From contig NC_082718.1 of the NCBI RefSeq assembly GCF_030144855.1, positions 95,666,001-95,730,000 of the forward strand: DNA of 64,000 nucleotides, given 5' to 3'. The notes beneath the pieces were generated by a model. It did no database searches. It had not been told where the DNA came from and worked only from the letters and a program-made list of their open reading frames with translations. Made by a program: the position numbers and the translations under genes. Below, one piece after another: positions 24,315-37,033 of the stretch. The stretch is from Hypanus sabinus. Its lineage: Eukaryota. Within the stretch, counting starts at the first letter, position 1, and each line of letters starts with the position of its first letter.

Positions 24315-24732
24315 AGAGATCCACGGCTTTTAGGAACCCATTATTCAGAGCTGCACTGCAAATTAAATCCACAATACATATTCAAATGTGAAGACTGGTA
24401 GCCAAAGTCAATTGCTAAATGTAAATCTGCTAAACCAAAAAAAATGTTCTAACAGGCAGAGTCTTACATCCATCCACAGAAATGTCTAACCAAGAATAAT
24501 AATGCATTGGTTAGATATTAAAACATTTGCATGGATCTCTGAAAACCATTCAATAAGGTCATAGGTATTCCCATAATCTTCTGATCCAATAGCTTGACGA
24601 TATTTGCAAAACTAATTTTGAATGTTTGTATTTAGTTCAAGGAACCTTACTGACTCACTGCCAGTGAAGCTTTATATCTAACAACGTGCAATTTTAAAGA
24701 AATATAATTGAAAATGTACTAATTGTTTTGCT

Positions 24733-24738
24733 TTTATT
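24733..24738 (-). terminator. Candidate BRI3BP polyadenylation signal (alternatives at about 25145 and 26152)
   Basis: AATAAA on the minus strand at the end of about 2 kb of AT-rich, repeat-poor sequence downstream of the stop codon. Confidence 0.4.
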
Positions 24739-25319
24739 AATGTACAGTAGCATTGCTTAACAGATTCCATATATAGGTAAAAATGACACTGACAGAATCC
24801 AAATACTTAACTGTAACATATAATTATACAATGCAATTCACAAAATGCATGACACTTGTTTGAATCTGGACAATTAAAGGCTTTGACTGAAAAAAAATCC
24901 AAGTACATAACCATGATTTTTGTAAGAAGGCATAAAACACACTATTTGACTTGCTGAAAATATCATGTGGCCCAATGAAAAATTAGTACGGTCAAATAAT
25001 GAACTAGCAATGAAATTCTCACATGAAAATAGCCAAAAATTAACAAAGTCCACTTTGTATAATATTAAAGTTAGGTTTAAAATTATTTCAATACACCGAG
25101 TTTGAAATCTGGCTACAATGCTAGCTCAAATAAGATTATCATGATTTATTCAATCTCTTCAAATATACATTTTAAAATATTAATGATTTTCCTACAATTC
25201 AGAATCCACAATAACTTCAATTAATGTTCAATGGCTACAAAAAAAATAAGCATTTTTCTAGTGTGAAGTGCTTGGTTCTAAACTCCAGAGCATACAGCAT
25301 TTGAGAAAATCCTCTAGAA

Positions 25320-25398
25320 CAGGGGTTCCCAATCTTCATTATGACATGGTCCAATAACATCAAGCAAGGGGGCCATGGATCCCAGGTTGGGAACCCCG
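25320..25398. mobile_element. hAT (Charlie-like) MITE, 79 bp
   Basis: TIR CAGGGGTTCCCAA / TTGGGAACCCCG. Perfect 8-bp TSD CTCTAGAA at 25312-25319 and 25399-25406. Confidence 0.85.
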
Positions 25399-26729
25399 CT
25401 CTAGAACCAATATAAATCACTATTTGTTGGTGGAATTAACTCCACTTAGTATAAATTTCATAGATCTTCATAACTTAAATTCCCATCCTCCTCATTTTTT
25501 TCTTACCTGATCAGTCATAACAAAGAACAAGGAGACTCCAGCACCAAGTCTGATTCATTTCCTCGATTGTCACATTTGACTGCAACCATTTACAATTCTA
25601 CTCGTCTATCCTGTGGAATTGATGATCTCTAAAGAGGAATCATACAAATTTGTGTGGTCAGCCCTAAATATGAGGCTATCTATCTTAAATAAAGTTCTAC
25701 TGAAGACTGGAGGTGGGATGGTAAACAGTAAACTTTACATCTTTTTTAATATATCATAATTAGGCTATACATAAATAATCTGTCAATGAATCACTCATCA
25801 CAATTATAAACATGCCATATTAATAGATCTATGATCTTTGAATAATTGGCAATAAATGATTGCAAATATACACATTTCTATACCTTACTTCTATTCACAT
25901 GCAATGTACCCACAAAACCAAAGGAAAATTTCAAATGCACAGTAGTAAGAAATCTGGACTGTTTCTTTTCACCACAGCACATTGCATATAGAACACCAGC
26001 TTAAGTTCTCTTACATAATTAAGGATCTAACAACATAGCTACACTGAAATGGACCGGAAGGGGGCAACTAGAAGGAAAAATTGTACAAAATGTCTTTTGA
26101 GTTTGTCCTTGGTTTTAATTGCAAACTGTGCAAGTGCTAAAAATCATCCAGTTTATTTATGAATGCACAAAGAGCTTAGAAACGATGGTGCACAATTGTT
26201 AAGCACACACTCCTCTCTTCCCCCACAATAGGTTGAAAAGAATATTGGACCAAATTATGCTGGCCATTGAAACTTAAAAAGAAAACTTCCATATTAATGG
26301 GTCTCTGAAAATCTAGTGATCAGTCACTGGTGCAAACCGGAAGATAAGCTCTCTGCATATTGCCCAGTAAGCAAGGGTTTGCAGGGACCATGGATAGCGA
26401 TTCCAAACAAACTGGTCCAGCATATTTCACCATTGCCTCTATAGCAATGAAAACAAACCATATGTATTTAAGACATTTAGAGAAAATATTAAGATACAAC
26501 AATTTACCACTTGTTATTAGTAATAATATACTCAATGAGTATAAAAATTAAAAAAAGGGTTGAATGATAAAAAAGGAAATTTAGGAATATAATTACTGGT
26601 CACTAATTCACTGACACTTCACAACTAATCTTGATTGTTATGAACATGGGTTGACCAAATCACCCCTGTTAACAATGGTTCATTATATATTAAACAGTGC
26701 TGGTGATAAGCAATGGTGTTTTTCCAGCA

Positions 26730-27142
26730 CTAAGCAGCATTTTGGTCAAGTTTTTCCAAGACTCTATTAAGACGAATGTTCATGAGCCTGATTTGACCAT
26801 CAAGGTGTTCAAGTTTATCTTCTACATGATTACCACTTCTCCTCCAATAAAAGCCAACTGGACCAGTTATAACATATGTCAAAACTAGAATGCAAAGGGG
26901 GAGCACAGCACCTTCAGGGTCACCTTCATTCTTCTGCAGAATATACAAACAAGCAAGGGCAAAAAAGATGATTCGGGCAATCCAGAAAAAATAGCCAAAT
27001 ACTGTGCGTAACATATAAAACAGAAGTCCCAGACACATTGATATAAACCAGTAAGCTAAAAGCACAGCAACAGATATCAGGAGGACTTGAGATGGATGGT
27101 GAACTGCTGTCGCTGGATTCAGATACTGGTGCAGGTTGGATG
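26730..27142 (-). CDS. BRI3BP: BRI3-binding protein, coding exon 3 (last)
   Basis: ttcttgcag acceptor. Translates SNLHQYLNP...LLAYWF...EGDPEGAVLPLC...TGPVGFYWR...VEDKLEHLDGQIRLMNIRLNRVLE, ending at TAG 26730-26732. Matches the BRI3BP C-terminus. Confidence 0.95.
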
Positions 27143-28000
27143 CTGCAAGAATAAAAAAAAACAATTTTACTTATCATAATAAACAAAGCAATTCAATTAG
27201 CTATTCACTATGAAAATCATTCAGTCGTTCCTTTTGTGGGAATGCAAAAACTAAACTGCATCAAGTTATGGGAGAGGATCGCAGAGCTGAAAAAATTGAC
27301 AGCTTTGCTTTTCACTAACCTGCTGAGTTCTCCCCCCCAGCATTTTCAGTTTTTATTGTAACTTACACAGCTAATTCAAGCTGTACATGAACTATGGTGC
27401 AGAACAAAATGGGAACAAATAGAGTAATGGGCTTTGACTAAAATATTTAACTTTATTCAGTCCTAAGTGCACTTACTTGATCTTAAACCAAAGTAAACTT
27501 GAGTACTTATGATTGTACAGTACAATAACCTTAGGACTTTGGTGAAGCTAGGTGAGCAGATATTGCAGACTACTTCTAGATAGTACACTTTTAAGTCATT
27601 TTTTTCTATATTTAATTAGAGATCTAATAATTTTTTAACTGAACAAGCCAAGGTTAAAGCAAGCAGGAAACTGACCTAGAATGAGCTAAAAATACAGGAG
27701 CCTCAGGATTCACACCACCAGGTTCAGGAACAGCTATTACCCCTCAAACATCAGACTCTTGAACCAGAGGGGATAACTTCACTCAATTTCACTCACCCTG
27801 TCACTGAACCGTTCCCACAACCTATGCACTCAGTTCGAAGGGCTCTTCATCGCGAACTCGCTATCTATTGCTTATTTATCTATTATCATTATTTGTTTAG
27901 TGTTTACACAGTTTGTTGTCTTTTCCTGTTGGGTGCAGTCTTTCAATAATCCTACTATGGTTCTTGTATTTACTATGTATCCAAGCGTACTATACGGTGA

Positions 28001-29984
28001 CTAACCTCACCATCAAACCCGCAGATAATGGGGTTGCTGCAGTAGTCTGGTGGACTGATCTCCACCCAGCTGAAGCCAGGAAACAACACTCAAGACACCT
28101 GCACTTAATTAACCCTCAAACAGGACCCCACTAAGGGGCACCTGGCCATTGTCTCCCACACCATCAGCGACCTTATCAACTCTGGGGATCTCCTATCCAC
28201 TGTCACCAACCTCATAGTTCCCTTACCCTGCAGCTCCCTTTTCTACCTCCTATCCAAGATCCATAAACCTGCCTGTCCAGGTAGACCCATTGTTTATTTG
28301 TTCCTGCCCCACCGAACTTGTATCTGTACACCTCAACTCTGTTATACCGCCCCAGTTCAGTCCCTTCCTACAAGCATCCATGATGCTTCACATGCTGTCA
28401 ATCTTTTCAATGACTTCAAGTTCCCTGGCCCCAGTCATATCATTTTCACTATGGATGCCCAGTCCCCATAACCTCTATCCCCCATTAGGAGGGCCTTAAA
28501 GCTCTCTGCTTCTTTCTGGACAACAGACCCAACCAATCCCAATTCCCTTCCACCACCACCCTCCTCCATCTGACGGAACTGGTCCTCACTCTCAGTAATT
28601 TCTCCTTCAGATCCTCCCACTTCCTCAAGACCAACGGTGTTGCCACGGGCACTTGTGTGGATCCCAGCTATCCCTGCCTTTTTGTCAGCTACGTGAGACA
28701 GTCCATGTTTGAAACCTACACCAGTATCACCCCCCAACTCTTCCAATACTACATCAACGACCAGCATTGGTGCTGCTTCCTGCACCCATGCCGAATTCAT
28801 CGACTTCAACTTTACCGCCAACTTCCAACCTGCCCTCAAATTTACTTGGTCCATTTCCGACACCTTCTCTCGCCCCTTTCTCTATCTCTGTAGACAGTCT
28901 ATCTAATGATAACTTTTATGAACCCACTGATTCTCACAGCTCCCTGGACTATATCCCTTTCCAACTGGTCACTTGCAAAAATGTGATCCACATTTCTAAG
29001 TTCCTCCACCTGCACCGCATCTGCTCTCAGGATAAAGCTTTTCATTCCAGAACTAATGGGATGACCTCCCCCTTGGGATTCTGCCACCAAGCACATCATT
29101 CCCTCCCCCGCCCCCACTTTCTGCAGGGATCTCGTCCATTCATCCTTCCCCAGTGACCTCCCTCCTGGTGCTTATCCTTGCAAGCAGAACAAGCATTACA
29201 CCTGTCCCTTCATCTCCTCCTCACGACCAGTCAGCGCCCCAAACAGTCCTTCCGGGTGAGGCGACACTTCACCCGTGAGCCTGTTGGGGTCATCTGCCAT
29301 ATCCGATGCTACTGGTGTGGCCTCCTGTATATCGGTAAGACCTGACGCAGATTGGAAGACTGCTTCGCCGAGCACCTACATAACATATGCCAGAAGAAAG
29401 CATGATTTCCCTGCAGCCACCGATCTTAATTCTATTTCCCAATGCCATTCTGACATGCCAGTCTAAGGGCTCCTCTACTGCCACTATGAGGCCACACTCA
29501 GGTTGGAGCAGCAATATCTTAGATTCCATCTGGGTAGCCTCAACCTGATGGCATGAACATAGATTTCTCAAACATCTGGTAACTACTCCCCCTCACCATT
29601 CCCCCATCCCTGCTTCCCTCTCACTTTTTCTCCTTACCTGCCCATCACCTCCATCTGGTGCTCCTCTGCCTTCTGTCTCTTCCATGGTCTTCTACCCTCT
29701 ATTAGATTCCCCCTCTTCCAGCCTCTTACCTCTTTCACCAATCAACTTTCCAGCTCTTTACTTCATTTCTCCTCCCCTCCTGGTTTCACCTATCACTTGC
29801 CGCTGTGTATGACTACTTCCCTTCCTCCCCACCTTCTTACTCTCACTTCTCCCCTTCCTTTCCAGTCCTGAAGAAGGGTCTCAGCCCAAAATATTGTCTG
29901 TCTACTCTTTTCCATTACGCTGCCTGGCCTGCATTTGTGCACGTTGATTTGGATTTCCAGCATCTGCAAATCTTCTCCTGTTTG
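28001..29984 (+). mobile_element. Degenerate Penelope-like element in BRI3BP intron 2, inserted into an L2 3' end
   Basis: Same family as 9321-10958 (IKPADNG, RT and GIY-YIG remnants, pseudo-LTR). The L2 tail at about 27700-28000 resumes at about 29985. Confidence 0.85.
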
Positions 29985-30463
29985 TGACATATATTTACTT
30001 TCATAATAAATTTATTTTGAATTCTGAAATGATTTGGGGAAACTGTGATTTCAGCATGTCTGCCTACGTTCCTCACTCTGACTGCACACCTTGCTTGTGG
30101 TCCAGACCTCGATTCTGGGAAAAATTCTCACCTATGGTACAGACTATGAATGAATGACATGTGGAACTACGATTTCCAAACAAATCGATATTGGATAATT
30201 AAATGTCAAACTTTAGGTCAACAACCGGTATGTATTCTGTATCAAATGCAACATCAAAATGGAAATTATCCTGCATTAGACACAAGGCAGATATTTGCCT
30301 TCATCTTCTTATGTAATGGCAGTTCACAGTCTTTGGTGGCTGCAAAATAATTTTGCATGCAAAATTCTATCAAGCAGTAATTTGATAACAAAGCAGGCAT
30401 AAAGACTCAAGTTCTTTCATTTCAATATCTCTTGCATCCCAATGTGAACAAGCAACTTTTTAC

Positions 30464-30566
30464 CATCAATTCCAAGAATTTCCAGGAGGTCCGCCCATAT
30501 TTTCCACACGGTTTCCACCAACACATCCATACCAAAGACAAACTGTTCAGTTGCCCTGGAGAAAAA
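30464..30566 (-). CDS. BRI3BP: BRI3-binding protein, coding exon 2
   Basis: 103 bp with ttccag acceptor and gtaaaa donor. Translates FFSRATEQFVFGMDVLVETVWKIWADLLEILGID. Phases 0 and 1 join exons 1 and 3 (699 nt total CDS). Confidence 0.95.
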
Positions 30567-31852
30567 CTGGAAGAACATTTTGTTCATTAGACCATGAATT
30601 CTAACTCAATCTGTTCAAACATAAAGTGGAGTACAGTTGACATACAGTATGAAGCCCGTAATGTGCTTCTCTTTACCCCTCCATCCCAAAGCCCAAAAAC
30701 ACTTCAGGCAATACCAAGATGTTTTTAAAAATCAAATATCAATGCAAAAATCATTCCATTTTAACATTACACTAAGAGCAGCTCAATGTTTATCTGAAAT
30801 AAAGTAATTATAACTGAAGGTTACATGAACTTTGTAAATGAAAGCTACAATTAACATTAAAAAGATCCCGTACAACAGCAATACACACAATAACCACTGG
30901 GTGCTGCTATTTACCAACGGCAAAACAAGCCTGTTGCCTTTGTGGGGATATAGCAAGTCATGACTGCAAATTATTTGTTACAAATTATTATGATCAGAAT
31001 ACAGATGACACTGAACTTCATCTGTTTCCAAAAAAATAACATTAAACTTTCATCTCAGCAACTCAAAGCTGCAATACAAACCTGAGCAGTATCACTTTGT
31101 ATAAATGTCACCATTTGTTCTTCCTCCTGAAACCACTCTGCCCGCCCCTCCCCTGTGATCATCACTTCCATCCTTCAAGACCAAACCCCATCCTCAAACC
31201 CACCACCTCCTTCGGCATCCCCTTTCCAAGCCCTCTACAATGACCCTCCCCCCTCCACTCACTATCCTCTCCTTGCCACGCCCTCCTCAATCTAAACTGC
31301 CTTTGCCCCACCCATTCAGCCCCCCAAACACCTCTATTCTTCCCCTCCATCCACTCCCCATAACCTCCATCCAAGCACTCTGTCCTCCCTCCCTCCTCCT
31401 TGATCTTCCTTCCAATTCTACCTCACTGTAGCAGTCAAACCAAAACAATTGCTGCCGCCAGCAACCCACACAGATGTTATACTTGCAAGGCGCACCTTCA
31501 CTCCAATAACGATCGCTCTAAATGTCGACGATATGTGTCCAATACTTTATTAGCAATTAGCAAATGTACAATCTTGAAGCAATGAAACCTAAGCGTGGCT
31601 AAGTGTAACTGAGCAGTCACTAAAAGCTAAATCATCTGCCAGCCCCCAGATACTAGAAACTGTGAAAAACAAAGCCCAAATACATAACTTATTCCCTTCG
31701 CTTGTACCACACCCCCCCCCACTCGTGACTAATTACCGGAATAAACATAATTACTCTCAACACAGACAGGACTGGTGCATGGCTCCTACATTCCTTTTCT
31801 TCACACAGCCATGCATTGTTCCCTCATCATCCTTGCCTCCATCCTCTCCATT

Positions 31853-32310
31853 AGACCACAAGACCAAAATACATAGGAACAGAATTAGGCCATTCAATCC
31901 ATCGAGTCTGCTCTGCCATTCCATCATGTTGATTTATTAACCTTCTCAGCCCCATTTTGACACCTTTTGACAAATCAAGTATCCTATCAACCCCAGCATT
32001 AAATATACCCAATGTCTTGGCCTCCACAAATTCACCATATACCCAATGTCTTGGCCTCCACAAATTCACCGGTCTCTGATAAAATATGTTCATCCTCATT
32101 TCTGTCCTAAAGGGATGTCCTATTCTGAGGCTGTGCCCTCTAGATCAAAACTCTCCCACTATTGGAAACACCCTCTCCACTTCCACTCAGTCAAGGCTTT
32201 TCAATATTCCATGGGTTTCAATGAGATCCCACTCCCCCCAACCCCAATTCTTTAATACGCTAGCGAGTGCAGGCGCAAAGCCCTCAAATGCGCCTCATAC
32301 ATTAACCCTT
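31853..32310 (-). mobile_element. CR1-type LINE 3' remnant containing a perfect 34-bp tandem duplication (32003-32070)
   Basis: CR1 tail motif, with atatacccaatgtcttggcctccacaaattcacc present twice. Confidence 0.7.
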
Positions 32311-32769
32311 TCATGCCCAACTCTCCATCCTCTATTCTACCAGGCAACTTCCTCTTTATATCTACAGCTGTGCGAACCAACCATTGCACTGAGCAGGAAA
32401 TTTTTACATGGTCTAAAGACTGCGCAGCACTTTAAATTTTTTTCTGTAACATGCACATCAAACAAACACAAGTAAACAAAGTCAGGTAGTCAAAACAGCT
32501 GACAGGCAGAATGGCAAAAATAAAACGTTTTGACTAGATGGCGTTGGCAATCAGCAGGCCGGCGGTTTAGTAATAATAAGCTACTTACTTCTATTCTGTG
32601 TTGTTACAATTTGGATATTTTCAATTAGTAATTGGTAATTTCAAAATTATATTTACATAATGTAAGAGAAAATTCCAGACGCACAGCAACAACAGCTATG
32701 TGTGTGGGAACATTTCAGTTACTGTGTGGCTGTGTACCCATGCAGCTTAGAGGAAACAGTGCTACTAGA

Positions 32770-33670
32770 TCCTCATTTCCCTATCCCACCCTCATCTGCA
32801 CTTCCACACTTCCTCTCTCGCTCCCTCTGATCCTCGCTCACTCACTCTTCCTTCTCACCTCCCACTCTCATTGCCAACAGCTCCCTTTTTGCCTACTTTC
32901 TCAATTTCATTTCCTTCTCCCACCCTCATGCTCACGTCCTCTGTCCGCTTCCCCGATCCTCCCCCACCCTTCCTCATCCCTACTGCCCCTCTACTTATTA
33001 CCTCATCCCTTGCCTTCCCTCCTTGTCACAACCCTCCCTCATCTCATCCCCTGCCCTCTAACTCAACTTCTTCCCGTCTCAATCCCTGCCACTACCCCCT
33101 TCCCCTGCTCCCACACCCTCTCATCCTCCTCGCTACAGCCACTCCAGACCCCTCATCCCATTTCTGCTCTTCCCTACCTTCTCTTGCATCCCCTCCTTCT
33201 TCTCCCCCTCACTCACCTTCCCCTCATCCTACTCATTCTTCCCATTCCCTCACTCAACCCCCACTCCTCTGACCATACCCTTTTACCCCTTACCTATCCT
33301 ACCCTCAGCTTTCCCTTCTTACCCCACTCCTACACCCCTTTACCCGTCGTCCCATTCGTACCCCTTTGCTTCTTGCCTCATCCTAACCTCTCCTTCTGCT
33401 CAACCCATTCCCCTCTTGCCCCACTCCCACCCCCTCCTCCCACTCTTGCCCCTCCCCCCACCCGCCCTACTCCAACCCCTCCACCCACTCCAACCCTTCC
33501 ACCCTCTTGTCCCATTGCAACCCCTCCTGCCTTATTCCAACCCCCTCCATGCCGTCTTGACCCATCCTACCCCTACATACCCCGCTAGCTCCAGTCACAC
33601 TCCCTCTTCCCTACTCCACCTCCACCTCTTCGTTCCCTCTCCTCTCTTCCCGCCCCACCTCCTGCGCAAC
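32770..33670 (-). repeat. Low-complexity polypurine/polypyrimidine tract at the start of BRI3BP intron 1 (second tract at about 31120-31425)
   Basis: About 900 bp of mostly C/T on the plus strand, i.e. G/A-rich on the BRI3BP sense strand. Confidence 0.9.
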
Positions 33671-33675
33671 CTTAC

Positions 33676-33858
33676 CTTGTACACCGCCTCCACCATCTGC
33701 TCCCCGAAAATGGCCACCAAGTTCCGGTAAATGCCATTTGCGACCTGCCTGAAAAAGTTGTTGGACTTCTCGTGCGTGGTGGCCCGCCGTGCCTTGGCCG
33801 AGTCCACGGACACGAGGGCTGCGAGAAGCAGCGCGGCCAGCAGCACGGCTCTCGCCAT
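33676..33858 (-). CDS. BRI3BP: BRI3-binding protein, coding exon 1 (signal-peptide-like N-terminus)
   Basis: ATG at 33858 in a CpG island. Translates MARAVLLAALLLAALVSVDSAKARR...AIFGEQMVEAVYK, followed by a gtaagg donor. Confidence 0.93.
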
Positions 33859-34000
33859 CGCCAGCCCGGGGAAGCCGAGGTGCACCCGCCAAAGGCGTCC
33901 GGCCGCCTCTCAGCTGCCCCGGTCCTCCTGTGCAACCGCCAAACACTTCCCACTCCCAACAAACCCGTGCCGGGGAGGCGAACAGGTGGGGTCATTTCCG
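33690..34000 (-). promoter_or_regulatory. BRI3BP CpG island / promoter region
   Basis: High GC and CpG content around exon 1. Confidence 0.7.
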
Positions 34001-34628
34001 AGTTGTTGCTTGCCTTTGCTAATTGATGCAGGGAAATTTACAATTTTATTTCCCACAATGCCATTATTTGCAATTTGATTTGTTGGGAGCAGGAGTCGAT
34101 TTTCAAGCAGCTCCTGCTCAGTGACTTCAAGCCTTCCATTCTTATCTCCGAAATCTCACAACTGAATTGGAAGGCTCTCACCCTCGAACCAGCGAAGAAG
34201 CAATCACCTTAAAAGCCTTCGACAGGGTTAAATTTTTGTGACTAAAAGGTTATCTCCACCATTGCAATTCCATCATATCAATGCTGATGTAAAATTCATA
34301 TTTCCTTATGACGTAAGAGGCCATTTGGCCCATAGAGTTTCTTCTGGTTCCTGCTAGTCCCTTCCCCAATTTATTTGCCAGTATTGCATACTTCCTCATA
34401 TAATCATGAAGTGCGCCTGAATCTCCTACCATCCATAATCACAGAATCAGGTTTAATATCACTGGCACATACTGTGAAATGTGTTAATTTTGCTGCAGCA
34501 GTACAATGCAATACATGATAATATAGAGAAAAAGTATATAAATCAAATACTTAAGTAAATAGTGCAAAAAAGAAATAAAAAGTAGTCAGGTAGTGAAAAA
34601 TGATTTAGTTCCAGCATATACGATGAAT

Positions 34629-37017
34629 GAATTAATGAAATTTTATTTCGGTCAGTACAAACATAACAAAAGGCATAATTTTCAACAATGATTTCATAAG
34701 ACAAAATTAAATAATAAAAATCTTTAAAACAGACCAAAAGGGTGTAGGATGAAGATACAGCTTATTACGCCTACCCCTCTTACTTATACAAAAACATATT
34801 TGGCATCAATCATCACATCAAAACAAAAAATTTCGTAATCTTTTAACACAAAATCCAATTCCAAGTATAATTTATTTACATTACTCCCATTCATTTTAAA
34901 TCATGTATTTTATATTTGTTCATTAAATTATTTTAAAATATTTTTTTAACTTGGTAAGTGTGGTGCATGTTTTTAAATTCTCACTACAACTGTTCCAGAT
35001 TCACCCCTCTGACTGAAATACTATTATTTTTTTACATTTGTTTTTATCCTTTGTTTTTGAAAAATATACATGTTCCTCTCAAATCATGTTGACTTTCTCT
35101 CATTTTAAACAATCTTTGGAAACGTTGTGGTAACTGTCCATTTTTTACTTTATACATAATTTGTATTATTTTAAAATCTACAAAATCTCTGAATTTTAAA
35201 GTGGTTAGTTGAATAAATAATGGATTGGTTGGTTCATAATAATTTGTCTTATTTACAATTCATTTGGCTTTCTTTTGGAGTAGAAACATTATTTGTATTT
35301 ATTTTGTATGTATTTCCCCATACCTCTACACAGTAAGTCATGTATGGGACTATAAGTGAACAGTATAAAGTATACAAAGACTTATGATTTAAGAAATCTT
35401 GCACTTTGTACAGTATTGCAATAGATTTTGACATTTTTGCTTTGGCATAATTTATATGTGCCCTCTAGTTAGAAAAAGTTGACAAAGAGAAGTATATTGA
35501 TAAGCCTTGGTTAACAAAGGGAATACAAAATGCTTGTAAAAAGAAAAATGTATTACATTTTTATAATGTATAACATAGAACAAAGGAAGCTGAAATTAAA
35601 TATAAGATATATAAAATAAGCTGACAAGTATTACGAGATCTAGTTAAAGGAGTTATAGTAAATTATTGGAGAATAATAGAAATAACATTAAAATACTTGG
35701 AGAGTTTTAAAGTATTAAAAATGATAAAAGAAAAACAATTTACCCTTATTACTTTAATTCAAACAATGATATGGTAATAGAAGATACTAATTTGGTTGCA
35801 GATAGGTTTAATGATCTCTTTGTTAATATGGGAACCAAATTAGCTAAATCAATTACTCAAGCCAGCAATAAAGATGGAGTAAATAGTAATATTATCAATA
35901 GACAATAGAACCCCCCCCCCCCCCCCCGATGCCCTGAGCTTTGATTTTACCCATCAATCTCCTATATGGGACCTTATCAAATGCCTTCTGAAAATCGAGG
36001 TACACTACATCCACTGGATCTCCCCTGTCTAACTTCCTGGATACATCCTCGAAAAACTCTTTGTTTATTAGAGCAACTGATGAAAAAGAAATAATTGATA
36101 TAGTACTGTATATATATCAAAGAGTAAGTTATCAACAGATTGGAATGGATATGATATGTATTTAATTAAAAACATCATTGACTGTGTTGTGGAACCACTG
36201 ACTCATAACTGTAATCACTCTTTGATTACTGGAAAATTTCCAAATAAAATTAAAATAGCCAAGATCATTCCAATACACAAAGCTGGAGATAAACATGTAT
36301 TTTCAAATTATAGACCAGTTTCTTTGCTCTCACAGTTTTCCAAAATACTTGTAAGAAGGTTAAATGATTTTATAACAAAACATAATATACTCTGTGAACA
36401 GCAAAATGGTTTCAGAAAAAAACATAACCACGACAATAGCATTAGTAGATTTGTAGAAGAAATATCAAACGCTATAGAAAAAAATGAATACACAATGGGA
36501 ATATTCCTTGATCTAAAAAAAGCATTTGACACCATTGACCATAAATTATTATTAACAAAATTAGAAAGATATGGTACAGAGGGGTGGCACATGACTGGTT
36601 AAGTCGTTATTTGGAAGATAGGTATCAGTATGCACATATAAACAACTTGAATTCAAAACTTTTAAGGGTAACTTGTAGGGTTCCACAAGGTTCAGTGCTT
36701 GGTCCATTGCTGTTCATTTTGTATATAAACGATATATGTATGGTTTTTCAGACATTAGAATGTATTTGCTGATGATACAACTATATTTTGTAGTGGGGAA
36801 CATCTGAAACAACTTTTGGATACAATGGAGAAAGAACTAAAAATTATAAAGAAATGGTCTGATACTAACAATTTATCACTGAATCTAAGTAAAGCTAAAT
36901 TCATAATATTTGGAAACTGTGTATAAAACACATATAGTAAATTTAGAATAAATGATGTTGAAATTAATAAGGTATCTGAAATAAAATTTTTAAGAGTGGT
37001 AATATGTAAATAAATTA
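34629..37017 (-). mobile_element. AT-rich CR1-group (L2/Crack/Daphne-like) LINE with inverted 5' segment
   Basis: The minus part (34629-35460) carries the ORF2 end (YCSLIVPYMTYCVEVWGN), AATAAA and a CATT-repeat tail. The plus part (35465-37017) carries NYRPVSLL, LDLKKAFDT, PQGSVLGPLLF and FADDT. TSD agcatata(c/t)gatgaat at 34613-34628 and 37018-37033. Confidence 0.85.
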
Positions 37018-37033
37018 AGCATATATGATGAAT

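Larger units (their letters stand above)
17940..24454 (-). mobile_element. Old, deleted retrovirus-like LTR element (gag-pol remnants, spuma/class III-like RT)
   Basis: 5' LTR 23115-24454 and 3' LTR about 17940-19020, both interrupted and diverged. PBS TGGTGTCAGCAGTGGGAT at 23095-23112 (tRNA-Leu-like). PPT at 19021-19033. Gag CCHC CYSCGLPRHGWRQC at 21881-21922. RT motifs IDYTALNK, LGIANGFW, FAFTLGERQYT*SRLPRGFHNTP and YVDD (about 20845-21360). Integrase FTGEV...QRFHVPYHPPSSG (about 20010-20110). Confidence 0.85.

Noticed and set aside
32632-33588. 318-aa Pro/Leu-rich ORF
   Set aside because: Artefact of the C/T-rich tract, which lacks stop codons. It is antisense within BRI3BP intron 1.
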